Below the pieces are notes generated by a model. The model was not told where the DNA came from. It ran no database searches and was given only the letters and a program-made list of their open reading frames with translations. Of a stretch of 64,000 bases of DNA, positions 1-11,517 are shown piece after piece. Position numbers and translations under genes: made by a program. The stretch is from positions 97,092,001 through 97,156,000 of the forward strand of contig NC_043005.1 in assembly GCF_006345805.1 (NCBI RefSeq). Reading direction: 5' to 3'. Each line of letters begins with the position of its first letter. The first letter of the stretch is position 1. Source of the DNA: Octopus sinensis. Lineage: Eukaryota.

Positions 1-39
<39 letters not shown>

Positions 40-120
40 AATATATATGTAATTTATACACACACACACACATACACACACATATATATATATATGTATG
101 TATGTATATTTACATATTCA
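1..120. repeat. (TA)n/(CA)n microsatellite
   Basis: Direct dinucleotide runs. Confidence 0.95.
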
Positions 121-658
121 CGAGGGGTGCTGAAGAAATACTATTTTATGAGGGCGCGGGTTGGACAACTTATAGATATAGATTGGGTGATTATAGGTAA
201 ATTCGCTGACATGTCTAAATATGATGAAATCTAGAAGACGATATCTAGAAGTGTGTAACGATAAATGATGACGGAATCTGACGGGATATTATGAAATGCT
301 TCAGGATATATCAACATATTACGATATATGTTGAGTTACGACAGACTACAGCATCATATGATGAAGCACAGTGAATTACTGCAAACTGTAACGGACTGTA
401 GCGGAAAGACACAGCTGTATGTGGCGGAAGTTTCATGATACCGTGGAACATAGCCCCATACAGATAGTTTCATTAAAACTGCCGGTGGTGGAGTGGGTGT
501 AGGTGTGGGTGGGTGGGGGTAACTTTTGGAGTTATGTATATAACGTCGCTACTCCCAGAAAGGATCTGTTTTGAATTACAATAATATTTAGAATTACTTT
601 ATAAACCACACGCTGCTGGAACGAAATGTTTTTAGAGGACAAAATAAAAAAAATACCA

Positions 659-703
<45 letters not shown>

Positions 704-745
704 TAATAATAATAATAATAATGATTGTAGTAATAATAGTAATCC
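659..745. repeat. (AAT)n microsatellite
   Basis: Direct trinucleotide run; source of the poly-I/poly-L ORF 594..1064. Confidence 0.95.
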
Positions 746-1149
746 TAATAACTAAAGTAAATATACTTTCGCTATTTCCGTCCGTTAGTCTATTTCTTAA
801 GAGAAAAGCCAGAATTAAAGTAACAATTTGAAGAGAAAAAAAGTAACTCCAAAAAATCAAAACAAACAAAAAACTGAAGTGTAAATGAGAGTAAAGACGA
901 AAATATTGTAAAGAGAGAAAATTGAGAAGAAAATGAGAGAAACCGAGAAAGAGAGAGAAAGAGAGGGGGAGCAGAGTGATAGTAAGAGAGTAAGGGAGAG
1001 AGAATAAAATAGAAAAATAATAATATATATAATAAATAAATGAAGGTGTTCCGTTGTTTGCCATCTGCAGCCATACAGTTTGAGGCTAACCATAAACGGA
1101 GAAGATGGTTGATTGTCAACAGTCTGATTTAGCGTGTTAGTTAAAGGTG

Positions 1150-1810
1150 TTAGTGCCAGACAGAAAAAAAAAGAGGAATTTCTGCTGGAATATTTTACTT
1201 CTGATAAGGATTGGTAGTTTCTTTTTTTTACTTACAGCTCGTCACCCTCATTTTGTTTTGATCTATAGAACTATTTTCCAGTGTTTGATGCGACATGCCT
1301 ATTATCGGTGCTACCTGACTCATGCCAAATAAATCGATGAGTGAAAAGCGTTATTAAAAGCCTTCGAGTAATCAATGCCATGCTATGCCCAGATCGGTGA
1401 TTCTTCTGCGGTTTTCAGCAACAGCTTTTATTGATCAGCGACTGAGCTATGGATCGATATTACTCTTTGAGTCATTCTCTGTCTTTTTGTTTTTCAGAAG
1501 TGTTATTTTTTCCCCGTTGCGATAAGATTGAGCTAAAGGATTTCCAGAGGACGAGGTAGCTTATGAAGTTTTTGGAGAATTGATATTTCTCTAGTCTTTG
1601 ATATTAAGATGTTTAGCGCCAGGTAGGTCCTAACTGATGATGTCTATATGATAGGTGTTCCAACCGCGACTATTCCGTTTTTTAAAAAATTTCAAACACT
1701 ATCTAGAACATTATCAAGAAAGTTTCCTCTGTTTTCTAAAGACTGTACGCTGTAATTTGAGAGAGATTTACTTGGTATTTCTAGCAACCATTAAAGGTTG
1801 TCCTGTTGGC
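1150..1810 (-). mobile_element. Decayed R4/Dong-type non-LTR retrotransposon, reverse transcriptase region
   Basis: Minus-strand translation across frameshifts gives remnants of R4-type RT motifs in the right order: 'RTYLALNIL', 'QSLINK..AENRRR..DLGIAW.DYSKAFNN' (cf. QLLIDK...MAWIDYKKAFDS) and 'SKIFQQ' (cf. RGIFQGD). Confidence 0.55.
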
Positions 1811-1844
1811 ATATTTAAAAAAAAATATTAATTCTGATGCTTAA

Positions 1845-1975
1845 GGTGGTGAGATGGCAGAATCGTTTGTACGCCGGGTAAAATGCTTAACGGCATTTCG
1901 CCGAGGTCGACTTTGCCTTATATCCTTTCAGGGTTAATGAAATAAGTACCAGTTGCGCACTCGGCTATTCTTTCC
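1845..1975 (+). mobile_element. tRNA-derived SINE family B, internally deleted copy
   Basis: Matches head ggtggtgagatggcagaatcg and core cgccgaggtcgactttgcct...aataagtaccag seen in the fuller copy at 36310-36540. Confidence 0.8.
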
Positions 1976-2029
1976 ATTCAAGGGATTTTTAATTCAATAT
2001 ACAGGTTTCAAATTTCGGTGAAGGGGAGT

Positions 2030-2285
2030 AGTCGGTTATATTGGCACAAGTGTTCAACAGGTACTTCTTTTATCGACCGCAAAAGGGATGAAAGGCAAAG
2101 TAGACCTCAGTGGAATTTCAACTCAGAACGTAAAGACGGAAGAAATGCCGCTAAGCTATTTGTCCCCAGTGTTCAACGGGTGCTTCTTTTATCCACTCCG
2201 AAAGGGATAAAAAGTAAACTTCGACCTCAGTGGAATTTGAACTCAGAACATTCAAAGACGGACGAAATGCTGCCAACTTGCAGCC
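2030..2285 (-). mobile_element. SINE family B, two tandem ~120-bp partial copies
   Basis: gtgttcaac...gacctcagtggaattt.aactcagaac occurs twice (about 2050-2168 and 2169-2285). Confidence 0.75.
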
Positions 2286-2315
2286 TTAATCTTTAGTCCG
2301 ATATATTACAAAATA

Positions 2316-2580
2316 TTATTACCTCTACCTTAGCTAAAGCGGAGATATTGTTTTCAGTCGTGTTTGTATGTTTGTCCGTTGACAAGATATCTCAAGAACC
2401 GCTGGATGGATTCGGATGAAACTTTCAAGGATGTTTGGCCTCGTGACTGGCACGAACTGATTAGATTTTGGGATCGATCCGGTACCAGACTAGGATTCTG
2501 GATTATTTTTCCAGTTTTTTAACTTAATTTTTGAGAGCGGTCGGGTTCATTTTCAGTATTCTCGTTTACTGTCGAATTCA
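2316..2580 (+). mobile_element. Helentron-associated (HINE/DINE-1-like) non-autonomous element
   Basis: Begins ttattacctctaccttagctaaagcggag (subterminal hairpin) and continues gtttgtatgtttgtcc...atatctcaagaaccgctggatggattcggatgaaacttt...ttagattttggga..gatccgg, a layout typical of metazoan HINE-like repeats (recognised from memory). Confidence 0.5.
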
Positions 2581-2659
2581 TTTACAACTTACACTGTGAA
2601 AATGATAGACTTATGTATTCCTCAAAGCTTCTACAATTTTTTAATGTAAATTCACGTAT

Positions 2660-2884
2660 TTTACTTTTATCTTTTATTGTTTACTTGTTTCGGTCGTTGG
2701 ACTGCAGCCATGCTGGGCCTTAATCCTCAGGGGTTTAAGCCGAACAGATTGACCCCAATACGTATTTTTAAGTCTGATACTTATTCTATTGGTCGTTTTT
2801 GCCGAACCACTAAATTAGAGAGGCATAAACAAACCAAGACCGGTCGTCAAGCCGGCGAGAATGGGGAACAAAAACAAACATAAA

Positions 2885-2924
<40 letters not shown>

Positions 2925-3085
2925 AACCGGGCTTCCACATAGTTTCTGCTATCTAAATTCCACTCACAAGGGTTCAGGGCTATAGAATGGCCTACGGCTA
3001 TAGAATAATGCATTTGTTCAAGTACCTGCCGTAGGATTGAGCCTGAAATCACACGGTTGAAAAGCAAGCCTCTTAACCACACAGT
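2660..3085 (-). mobile_element. tRNA-derived SINE family A, with internal (CA)n
   Basis: Diverged match to the fuller copy at 56630-57078 (ttttacttgttt...gccatgctgg...gccgaacc...ctatagaa...aaccacacagtc). Confidence 0.8.
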
Positions 3086-3099
3086 CATGTCTGCACCTA

Positions 3100-3482
3100 T
3101 TATCTTTTATCTTTTATCTTTTACTTGTTTCATTCATCAGAATGCGGCCATGCTAGAACACCACCTTGAAGAATTTTTCTGTCGAACGAATCGACCCCGG
3201 TGCTTAATTTTTTTAAAAGCCTGGTACTTATCCTGTTGGACTCTTTTGCCGAAATGTTAAGTTACGGGACGTAAACACATCAACACCGTTTGGGCGGGGC
3301 AAACACGGAGATAAAGACACGCACACACACACACAGCAGTCTTCTTTCAGTTCCCGTCTACCAAATCCTCTCACAGAAGACTATAGTAGAAGATATTTGC
3401 TCAAGGTGTCAAGCAGCGGGACTGAATCCGGAACCATGTGGTTAGGAAGCAAGCTTCTTACGCCACAGCCACGCCTGCACCT
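3100..3482 (-). mobile_element. SINE family A
   Basis: Same body; the tRNA-like head (A and B boxes) is at the 3482 end: rc aggtgcaggcgtggctgtggcgtaagaagcttgcttcc...ggttccggattcagtccc. Confidence 0.85.
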
Positions 3483-3879
3483 ATTGTACAATTTATTTGT
3501 TATTAATGGATTAGTGGGTAGGAAGAGCCCTGCTCATAGCTATCACAAGTCCTCCGGCATAGGCTGATGTATGTTTTGGGTAACTGAAAGTCGGCGACTG
3601 CGGAAAAAGCACTGGCAAGGAAGGAATTCTATTTGAGCGATATTCTAGGGACTCGACATAATGGTTACTGCGGGGCATAGTGTGTGTGTGTTGGGGGCTG
3701 TTAGATACCTCAGTCAGAGCTTTAACATTTCAGTACTTCCGGTTGTTTTGTAACTGTTCGTACTTTTTAATAACTGGGTTACTTTTTTTGTTTGTTATTT
3801 TTAACACCGGGGCTGTTATGCTGTTGTACTAGTTGTATTTATATTTCTCACCCGTAGCGATCCTTCCGTTATGGATAAC

Positions 3880-4045
3880 TCCTCCCAAACATCTACTCTT
3901 GCTGTTGACTTTGCATAAGTTTGTTTTAATTAGTTGCTGATAAAATCGTTTTGGATTGGAGACAAACTGTTTGTATTGCTTAAAGAAGTATCATTGTCGT
4001 CGCTTTTCATAGCAACGATGTCTTTGCGATTTAGCAAAGGTCTCT
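3880..4045 (-). mobile_element. R4/Dong-type LINE fragment (region upstream of RT)
   Basis: Minus translation AKSQRHRCYEKRRQ*YFFKQYKQFVSNPKRFYQQL resembles the R4-type AKAQRIRRYEKR...QN..F..N.K.FY..L motif. Confidence 0.55.
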
Positions 4046-4069
4046 TGTCATAAGTTCCCTTTCATTTTG

Positions 4070-4082
4070 CACCCTATTATTA

Positions 4083-4126
<44 letters not shown>

Positions 4127-4220
4127 GTTATTATTATTATTATAATCATCATCATCATCATCATCGTCGTCGTCGTCGTTGCTGTTGTTGTTATTATTAT
4201 TGTTATTATTATTATTATTT
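4070..4220. repeat. Compound (ATT)n/(ATC)n/(GTC)n microsatellite, including the 3' tail of the adjacent R4-type element
   Basis: Direct runs abutting the element's 3' end at 4221. Confidence 0.9.
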
Positions 4221-4603
4221 GAGGAAAATTCTTCAGCTTATTTTGCTGGATATAATGGAAAGTGTCAGCTGTCCACAACCGGCTGACTAAGGTGACAATT
4301 GTTTACTGGTCATGCTTCAAGAACCCCGCGAAGAATTCAAGCAATGCTGATTTTGTTAGGTGTTCTATCCTTACATTTGTACCAATCTTTTTTGAGCCAT
4401 GTTAGTAGTTGAATGCTGATACCTCCAAGCGCTCCAATTACTATTGGCATCACGTCTACTCTCCTCATTGGCCACAGCCTTTGTATTTCCCACTTCAATT
4501 CGTTATATTTGTTCACTTTTCCTCAGTTGTCTTGTCAATTCTGCACTCACATTCCAAACGTATCTAAGGACTCAGTGATTCACGAATGTGGAATCATATC
4601 GTA
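4221..4603 (-). mobile_element. 3' end of an R4/Dong-type LINE (C-terminal restriction-like endonuclease region plus 3' UTR), internally deleted
   Basis: Minus translation EEKVNKYNELKWEIQRLWPMRRVDVMPIVIGALGGI...RILRGVLEA* then a short UTR and an (AAT)n tail; preceded by the RT-region motif DMIPHS*ITESLDTFG. Confidence 0.75.
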
Positions 4604-4979
4604 AGCATTATTTTACTTCTTCAAGGCGGTGAGCTGGCAGAATTGTTAGCTGGATGAAATGCTTAGCGATCGCTACTTTCTGAGTTCAAATTGTGCCTAT
4701 AATAGAAAGTCGTCGTCGTCTTCTTCTTCTTCTTCTATTTGTTGCGGAACAAATCGGACGTGTTATCGAACGCTCCAAGTAAGTTCAGTTCAAAATATAT
4801 ATTTACACCAGGATTGGTGTCCTTTTGCAATAATTATTTTATTCCAAGTTGTGAATAGAAACACCAGGAATCTGTTACTGGTTTTCTATAGTTGTTTACT
4901 CCCCAGAGGGACGATATTTGACCTACCAAATAATTTCGGTGGGCGGTTAACATAATTGAAATAAGTACAACTCAACAAG

Positions 4980-6060
4980 ATGGCGGAACGCGTCTTGAAA
5001 GAGTTTAAAAAAGAATGCAACTCCTCCAGAAGTCTGACGACTTCTGAAGACTCCCCTCACTTCCCTCCGTTAGTGGCAGCAATACAGAGGAAGGGGAGGA
5101 GTAAAACGAGACAGCACAAAGTCCAACTTGTAACGATAGTAGTGGCAGTGACAACAACAGCGGTAACAGTGACAAAACCAGCAGCTGCAACAGTAGTAGC
5201 TGCCGCAGCAGTAGTAGTGATGACAGTAACACCATCAACGAAAGAGACTACAACGGCAATAGCAATAACAACAACAATGATAGCAAAAGTGACAACGGCA
5301 AAAACAACAAAACCAATACTAACAACATCGACAAAAAGAACAACAAGGGCAACAAGAACAACGGCAGCAGCAGCAACAGCAATAGCAACAACAACAACAA
5401 CAACAACAACAACAACGACGAGAACATTACCAACAACCAAAAAAAAAAAAAAACTTTTGCAGCAACAGCAGCGAGAAGCAAGGAACGAATTGCCGTAGAC
5501 CTCACAAACAGGGACCAAATGCTAGCACAAGTATGGAAAATGATAAAACAAGAGAAAACGTGGGCCAGTCTCACTATTCCGCCAGAGGCAATTGAAGCAG
5601 GGGAGAGAAGAACGGTGCTTTTTAGATGTATTTCAGCAGAAAAGAGCGGCATTAATAGCCCAAGTATATATTGAAGCAGCACTTAGGTGCATCAGAAATG
5701 ACATCGAGTACATAGCGAGGGGCAAACAATACGGCACCATTTCGGTGCTGTTTAAGTCAGAAGCCCTCGCTATGAACCAGTCAATGACCACCCTGCAAAA
5801 CCAGCAAAGTCATCATATACCCCTCCCACATGGGAAAACGTACAGCACGTGTCCGCATTCCTAGGACCCCACCAGGACTAGATATGTGGTGGTTTCTGCG
5901 ATGCGTAATCATGGTGGGGACGGATACTGTCCCAATAGAGATAGTTCGTCCTCTATAACTTACCGCAGGCCTCCTATAGACGCAGATGTTACACCGGCCT
6001 ATGCAGGGCAGGGGTGGTACCAATTTCCTGCGCTGCATACAGAATGACACTATCTGACCT
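4980..6060 (+). mobile_element. Probable decayed ORF1 of an L1/Tx1-group LINE with a low-complexity N-terminus
   Basis: GC-richer block with broken reading frames ...EAALRCIRNDIEYIARGKQYGTISVLFKSEALAM... and MGKRTARVRIPRTPPGLD, resembling the RVRVxNVPP motif of Tx1-type ORF1. Contains stops and frameshifts, and no ORF2 follows. Confidence 0.4.
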
Positions 6061-6569
6061 GTCCTTCCTCTGCGGTCTTAGGTGTGATTTGAAAGAGATG
6101 TAACTACTCTTTCTATCACGCCGAATGACTTCTCAGAGTGTCCATTGCTCATTTGTAATCTTCTTTGGTGGACAAGCCCAGCCTATGAAAACACAAGATC
6201 GTTGCTTTTGTCCTTACTTCTGTAGCCACGGTGTTTTATCGTTGTTTTTTTTTATAGTCACTAGCTCAGTGTTTTTGTTCTCTAGCCATAGGATCCCCGG
6301 GGGATAGATTAGTTGGCAGGCTGCAGTTGCTTCCGGTGTTGTTGATGTTGTATTCGATTTTGTCTTTGTCTAGACACACCTTCTATTACCGTTGTCAATT
6401 GTTTGCCTTTATTGTTGAATCTATGTATAGTAGTGGTTGTAGTAGTATTAGTAGTAGCATCCGCAGTAGTAGTAGTATTCATAGCGGTAGCAGGAGTAGT
6501 AGTAGTAGTAGCAGAATGACTCGTTCGCTGGCTGAATCAGCATTGTATTTAAGCCTTCTGTCATGTCAC

Positions 6570-6881
6570 GATTATTATTATTATTATTATTATTATTAGT
6601 AGTAGTAGTAGTGGTAGTAGTAGTTGTAGTTGTAGTAGTAGTTGTTGTTGTAGCAGTGGGGTTTCGTATTCCTGTGCTATCAGGAATATCGTATCCCTGT
6701 GCTATCGTATTCCTGTGCCGTCAGCAGTGGTCAAATGTGTTTACTACAACTAGCAATCAATGAGAGAGCTGAGCTTGGCCTTAGAAAGGACCAAAGATCT
6801 TCAGATATTGGGCCTCACAGAGGAGATGACAAGTGTTTTAATTACTGATAGATATCATCATCATTATAATTATTATTATTA

Positions 6882-6939
<58 letters not shown>

Positions 6940-6958
6940 CGTCGTTGTTGTTGTTATT
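6570..6958. repeat. (TAT)n/(TAG)n/(GTT)n microsatellite blocks
   Basis: Direct runs at about 6570-6655 and 6860-6958. Confidence 0.9.
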
Positions 6959-6959
6959 C

Positions 6960-7189
6960 ATGGCACTCATCGAATCTCCCCAAGCCAAATCCTGATATTT
7001 TTCTATATTTTCCTGTTCTTTGGCCGCTACATTCATATCTGCAGATATAACCACATCTGTGATGGTGTACTCTTTTTTCTTGTCCTTTTCCCAAACCATA
7101 ATATCTGGTTGCCTGACATAAATTTCGTAATCAGTCTGTGTATCGAAATCCCATTCACTATTACACTTTCTGGTTGATGTTCGTATCAT
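6960..7189 (-). mobile_element. R4/Dong-type LINE fragment: restriction-like endonuclease (PD..D motif)
   Basis: ORF 6842..7189 reads WDFDTQTDYEIYVRQPDIMVWEKDKKKEYTITDVVISADMNVAAKEQENIEKYQDL, matching the canonical WDF.IQTD...RPDI....K...IIDV..P.D.....KE.EKIEKYQDL. Confidence 0.8.
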
Positions 7190-7469
7190 TTTCCACTCAC
7201 TTCAAATCCTCTTTGTTGTAATATGTCCCAGTGTAGTACTTTGGCAACGCAATCATGTCTGAGTCTATATTCCTTCTGTGCCAGAGGACTACAGGAGTCA
7301 TTGCTAACCTCAGCAAGTTGTAAGGAGTATTCATCCGATGTGTATATGCTGGGTTCACTTCGCTTTCATGTACATACATACATACACACATACATACATA
7401 CATACATACATACATACATGCATGCATGCATGCATGCATATATATGTTTGTATGTTTTTATGTATGTAT

Positions 7470-7766
7470 ATCACCGTGATCACCGTGATCGACCAGGTTA
7501 TCAGATGTTGCTATACATCGCCGGTCACAATGCGCTTCGCATTAATTTTCAGCCTTCAAATGACGCCACCCCGCTGGCTAAGCGAGCAGGCCAACAGAAG
7601 AAAGAGTGAAAGTTGTGGCGAAAGAGTACAGCAGGGGCCGCTACCACCCACTGCCGGAACCTCGTGGAGCTTTAGGTGTTTTCGCTCAATAAATTCCGGT
7701 CTAGGAATTGAAACCGCGATCCTACGACCGCGAGTCCGCTGCCCCAACCACTGGGCCATTGCGCTT
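7470..7766 (-). mobile_element. tRNA-derived SINE family C, full length
   Basis: rc head gcgcaatggcccagtggttggggcagcggactcgcggtcgtaggatcgcggtttcaattcc (A and B boxes); 3' tail of repeated atcacggtg; homologous to 40378-40678. Confidence 0.85.
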
Positions 7767-7889
7767 CCTCATGTGTGTATATATGCATATATTTAAATAT
7801 ATGCGTATGTATGTGTATATGAATGTATGCATTGTATTCCCTCTGTAATACTATACAAAGCCTCTCTCGTATTATGCCATCCAATACTA

Positions 7890-8210
7890 CGACTTCTATT
7901 TTTTATAGTCTCTGTAGTGTTTCAATCGTAACCTTATACTGCAGTGCTGCTGTATGCTTCCCCACTGCCATTCTATAATTTGTTCCGCTATTCCTGAAGT
8001 TATTGTTTCGTCTGTGATGAAGGCTCGGCAATGTTCTGTGAGTCTGAACATTTTATAGAACATCATATTTCGTCTTTGTAACTCACACCAATTCCATGGG
8101 TTGTTATATAACAAAGTGTCTTCTTTTTTCAATTTCAATTTCAATTGTTCCATCTCGAAACTGGGTTTAACTCTAGTAACACAACTCAAAAGTATCGCGT
8201 TACTTCTGAA
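7890..8210 (-). mobile_element. Possible C-terminal ORF2 remnant of an L2/Crack/I-group LINE
   Basis: SCVTRV...PWNWCELQRRNMMFYKMF resembles the post-RT motif SVT.M...L.W..L..RR....L.MFYKI. Confidence 0.35.
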
Positions 8211-8343
8211 TATTGCTTTGACGGTTATATACTCACCACCAAGAAAATTACAGCAAACTACAGACTCTCCCCAGCATAAGTAAAAACTCAGTTTTTATGA
8301 TAATGTGATAACTTCTTCTTCTTCTTCTTCTTCTTTCTTCTTC

Positions 8344-8443
8344 NNNNNNNNNNNNNNNNNNNNNNNNNNNNNNNNNNNNNNNNNNNNNNNNNNNNNNNNN
8401 NNNNNNNNNNNNNNNNNNNNNNNNNNNNNNNNNNNNNNNNNNN
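8344..8443. other. Assembly gap (100 N)
   Basis: Run of n; preceded by (TTC)n. Confidence 1.
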
Positions 8444-9608
8444 TTAATATTGAGTATTAGTGGAAACGTCTGTAAGAAGTAAAGATTACTAATTCGTTGA
8501 TAAATTAATAATTATTCACTTTCTACCCTCCACTTTCTTTTCTTCGTTTACCTGCATACTAGGTATATGCTTAATGTATATGAATTGTCTTAAGAGAATT
8601 TCATTCCCCAATAATACTAGGTTTTGAACCAGTCTTCCCTTGGATATAACCATCCCTTTGTGAGGTTAATATATCCTTTAAAGTTTGCTTCAGAAGTGCT
8701 GAGATGTATTGAAAGATACAGATAAGGAAATAATTTTATTCTCAAACTCAGGAGAATGCTAATATTATAGCATGAACAGGATAAACTATTCATATCTAGC
8801 AGAAAAATCTGACGGTGACAGATTTTTCTGCGAAATATGGATAGTTTATAAAGGTAAGAACCAAGGCTTAATGTGGAGGAAGTTAGTGAGCTTCAATTTC
8901 GAAGAAGATACCAAAAACAAGAATCAGGAACAATAGTGGTTTATTGGCAAGAAGGTTGGGAATTTTTGCCGTATCGAAGTACGATAAGCTGAAAAAAAGT
9001 TATTTTATAGTTCACGGTTAGCAACTGGGTTTGTTGTTTATCCGAATAAATATGCAAAGATTAAAGAATGGAGACGATAAAATCCGGGCTATATATATGC
9101 TTCATTGCTAGCGGAACCTCAGAAGTAGTAATTACCCAAACCAGGAGTAGGCCGCAAGCTACTTGTCAAGCCAAGGATACCTTCATTACATTAAGTTCAC
9201 ATTATCGTGAGGAGATCCTGTGTTAATTCGCAGGGAATTCAATCGAGATGTATAGAAAGCACTGTTCGAGAGGAAAACATATTCGTGGAGAAGAGGTAAA
9301 AATAAAAGAAATATCTATGAGGGTGAGTGAGTTTATTATGGAGAAGGATACAAGTAAAGTGGGGCTGGTGGGAAGAGAGGGTTTGGTATTGAAATTAGCT
9401 GGGGAAATGTCTTTATGAATTTAGTCTGGGGTCATTCGTGGTTCTGTTGTAGGATAGATAAGTAAACATATTGGAGCATCCTATGAAGCCATTTAAACAG
9501 AGTCAAAGGAAGAAGTAAATCTAGTGGATGGCAACCGAAATAACCCGTCGTATATATATATATATATATGTGTATATATATATAATTATATATATATATA
9601 TATAATTA

Positions 9609-9689
<81 letters not shown>

Positions 9690-9697
<8 letters not shown>

Positions 9698-9960
9698 GGG
9701 AGTATAACTCCAAACTTACAGAGAAAAATTCAATTTAGTATTAAACTAAATTTCACAATATAAAATATATAAAATATAAATTAGAGATAAAACCACTATT
9801 GTTCAACACAAACTTATATATTGACCATTCATTTTTATACTCTTTGAGATCTGGTTATATGTTTTATAAAAATATATATTATGTGTTATTTATGTTTTGG
9901 TTTATGTCTATCACTGTTTGAGTTGCCTAATAGTGGTTTTATCTCTAATTTATATTTCAT
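9690..9960. mobile_element. Short non-autonomous element with a 29-bp perfect inverted repeat, between (TA)n tracts
   Basis: aaatataaattagagataaaaccactatt (9772-9800) is the exact reverse complement of 9929-9957. Confidence 0.6.
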
Positions 9961-10313
9961 ATATATATATGTGTGTGTGTCTTTGTACTTGTGTATGAAT
10001 TTATCCTCCATCACCGCCTTAGCAGCGTAGTTATTATAGAGAAGATATGAAATACAGAGTGAAGTGAAGGAATGAAAACAGATGTGAGATACGTAAGGAT
10101 ATTGTATCAGCAGTTCCATTATTTAAGCAGAATGGTGACTTTTTTTTTTTATCTCATTCTGTTAATTTTTATACATATGCATGCTAATATACGACCTACG
10201 TTGGACTCCTCATTCTTATCATCATCGACACCTGGAACTTTAGTCTGTCCATAGCACTTACTCAGCATTACCTGACACCTTTGAGTCTTCTTGACACCAA
10301 TACCTCCCAAACC

Positions 10314-10350
<37 letters not shown>

Positions 10351-11159
10351 TATGTGTGTATGAGTGTGGGTGTGTGGCTGTGTGTATGTGTATACAAACA
10401 AACATAGACATACATATGTGTTTGTATGTGAGTTCATCTATATATACACATATAATTCTTTTCTCTTTCCTTTGCTTCACACACTCCTTAAGGGTTTAGT
10501 CGAGCATATCTTCTGAACATATTTCTCTCGAGTACTTATTACATCGATTATTATTTTTGGAAACTTTAAGTTAAGGAACGTAAACAACAGTCACACTAGT
10601 TTTCGTGCAATGAGATTCATTTACGGTACAAATAAAGCCCTCCCGCGCAGTTTCCGCCGAAAAAATTCTACACACAAAATAATGGTGAATCCGTGACTGT
10701 AGTGGAAACCTCTTACTTGAAGTGAGATACAGTGAGATCGAATCAGTCGTGAAACCCCTTCAATACGCAGCTATATCGGTGAAAGTATGTCTGTGGAGCT
10801 GATGGAATTTAAACTATCCTTAGATGTAATGAGAACACTTGAGAATGCTTTAAATGAATCCATAAAATAAAGGACTCTAATGACTTCGCCTACTAACTTT
10901 ATTCTAAGGCACAAATCATCAAAGAGAGGAGTCCGATTCTACGGCAGTAGCATCAGGGTAATGCCTTTTTGTAAAATTCTTTGGAATGCGAATGAGTCTG
11001 CAAGAAAATATAAAGTGAACTGAATAATTTCACAGAATATTGAACACGTCGATCAGACGTTCTCGTTGAACTGTGTAATGACATAAATGTGCCATTAAAT
11101 ATAAGTGTCTCTGGATAACTCAAATTCTAGTCTTAGAGAAAGGCGTTATTATAATTCTG

Positions 11160-11517
11160 CTGTTGTTGTTGAGCGAAGCGGTCTTCGTCTGTAGTGGGAG
11201 AAGTCCGAAACGTGGTCCTTTGTTATTCGTAAGACCTGCAGAAGAGAAAGAAGGGAAACCCCCGACACCGAGAGTATCGACGGATGGATGAATGCGCATC
11301 CAGGGTCGGCGGTTGCGTAGGAAGTCGAGGACAAGAAACAGGAAGAAAGAGTGGGAGAAAGTTGGAGCGTAAGAGTAAAGCAGAGACTGCCAACACCCCC
11401 TGCCGGAGCCTCGTGGTGTTTTCACTCAATAAACACACACAACGCCCGGTCTGGGAATCGAAACCGGGATCCTCCGACCGCGAGTCTGCTGCCCTAACCA
11501 CTGGGCCATTGCGCCTC
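11160..11517 (-). mobile_element. SINE family C variant with a different, longer 3' body
   Basis: Same tRNA-like head as 7470-7766 (rc gaggcgcaatggcccagtggttagggcagcagactcgcggtcggagg) but diverges after the ctttct..cactctttcttc core and ends in (CAA)n. Confidence 0.75.

Noticed and set aside
480-520. G-rich tract with G-quadruplex potential, also (GGT)n at about 61010-61070
   Set aside because: Simple-repeat-derived with no functional context.
8450-9520. Fragmentary RT-like peptides (minus QRDGYIQGRLVQNLVLLGNEIL; plus GDPVLIRREFNR; minus AFDSV)
   Set aside because: Motifs point to different families and strands and are not colinear; too decayed to call without HMM searches.
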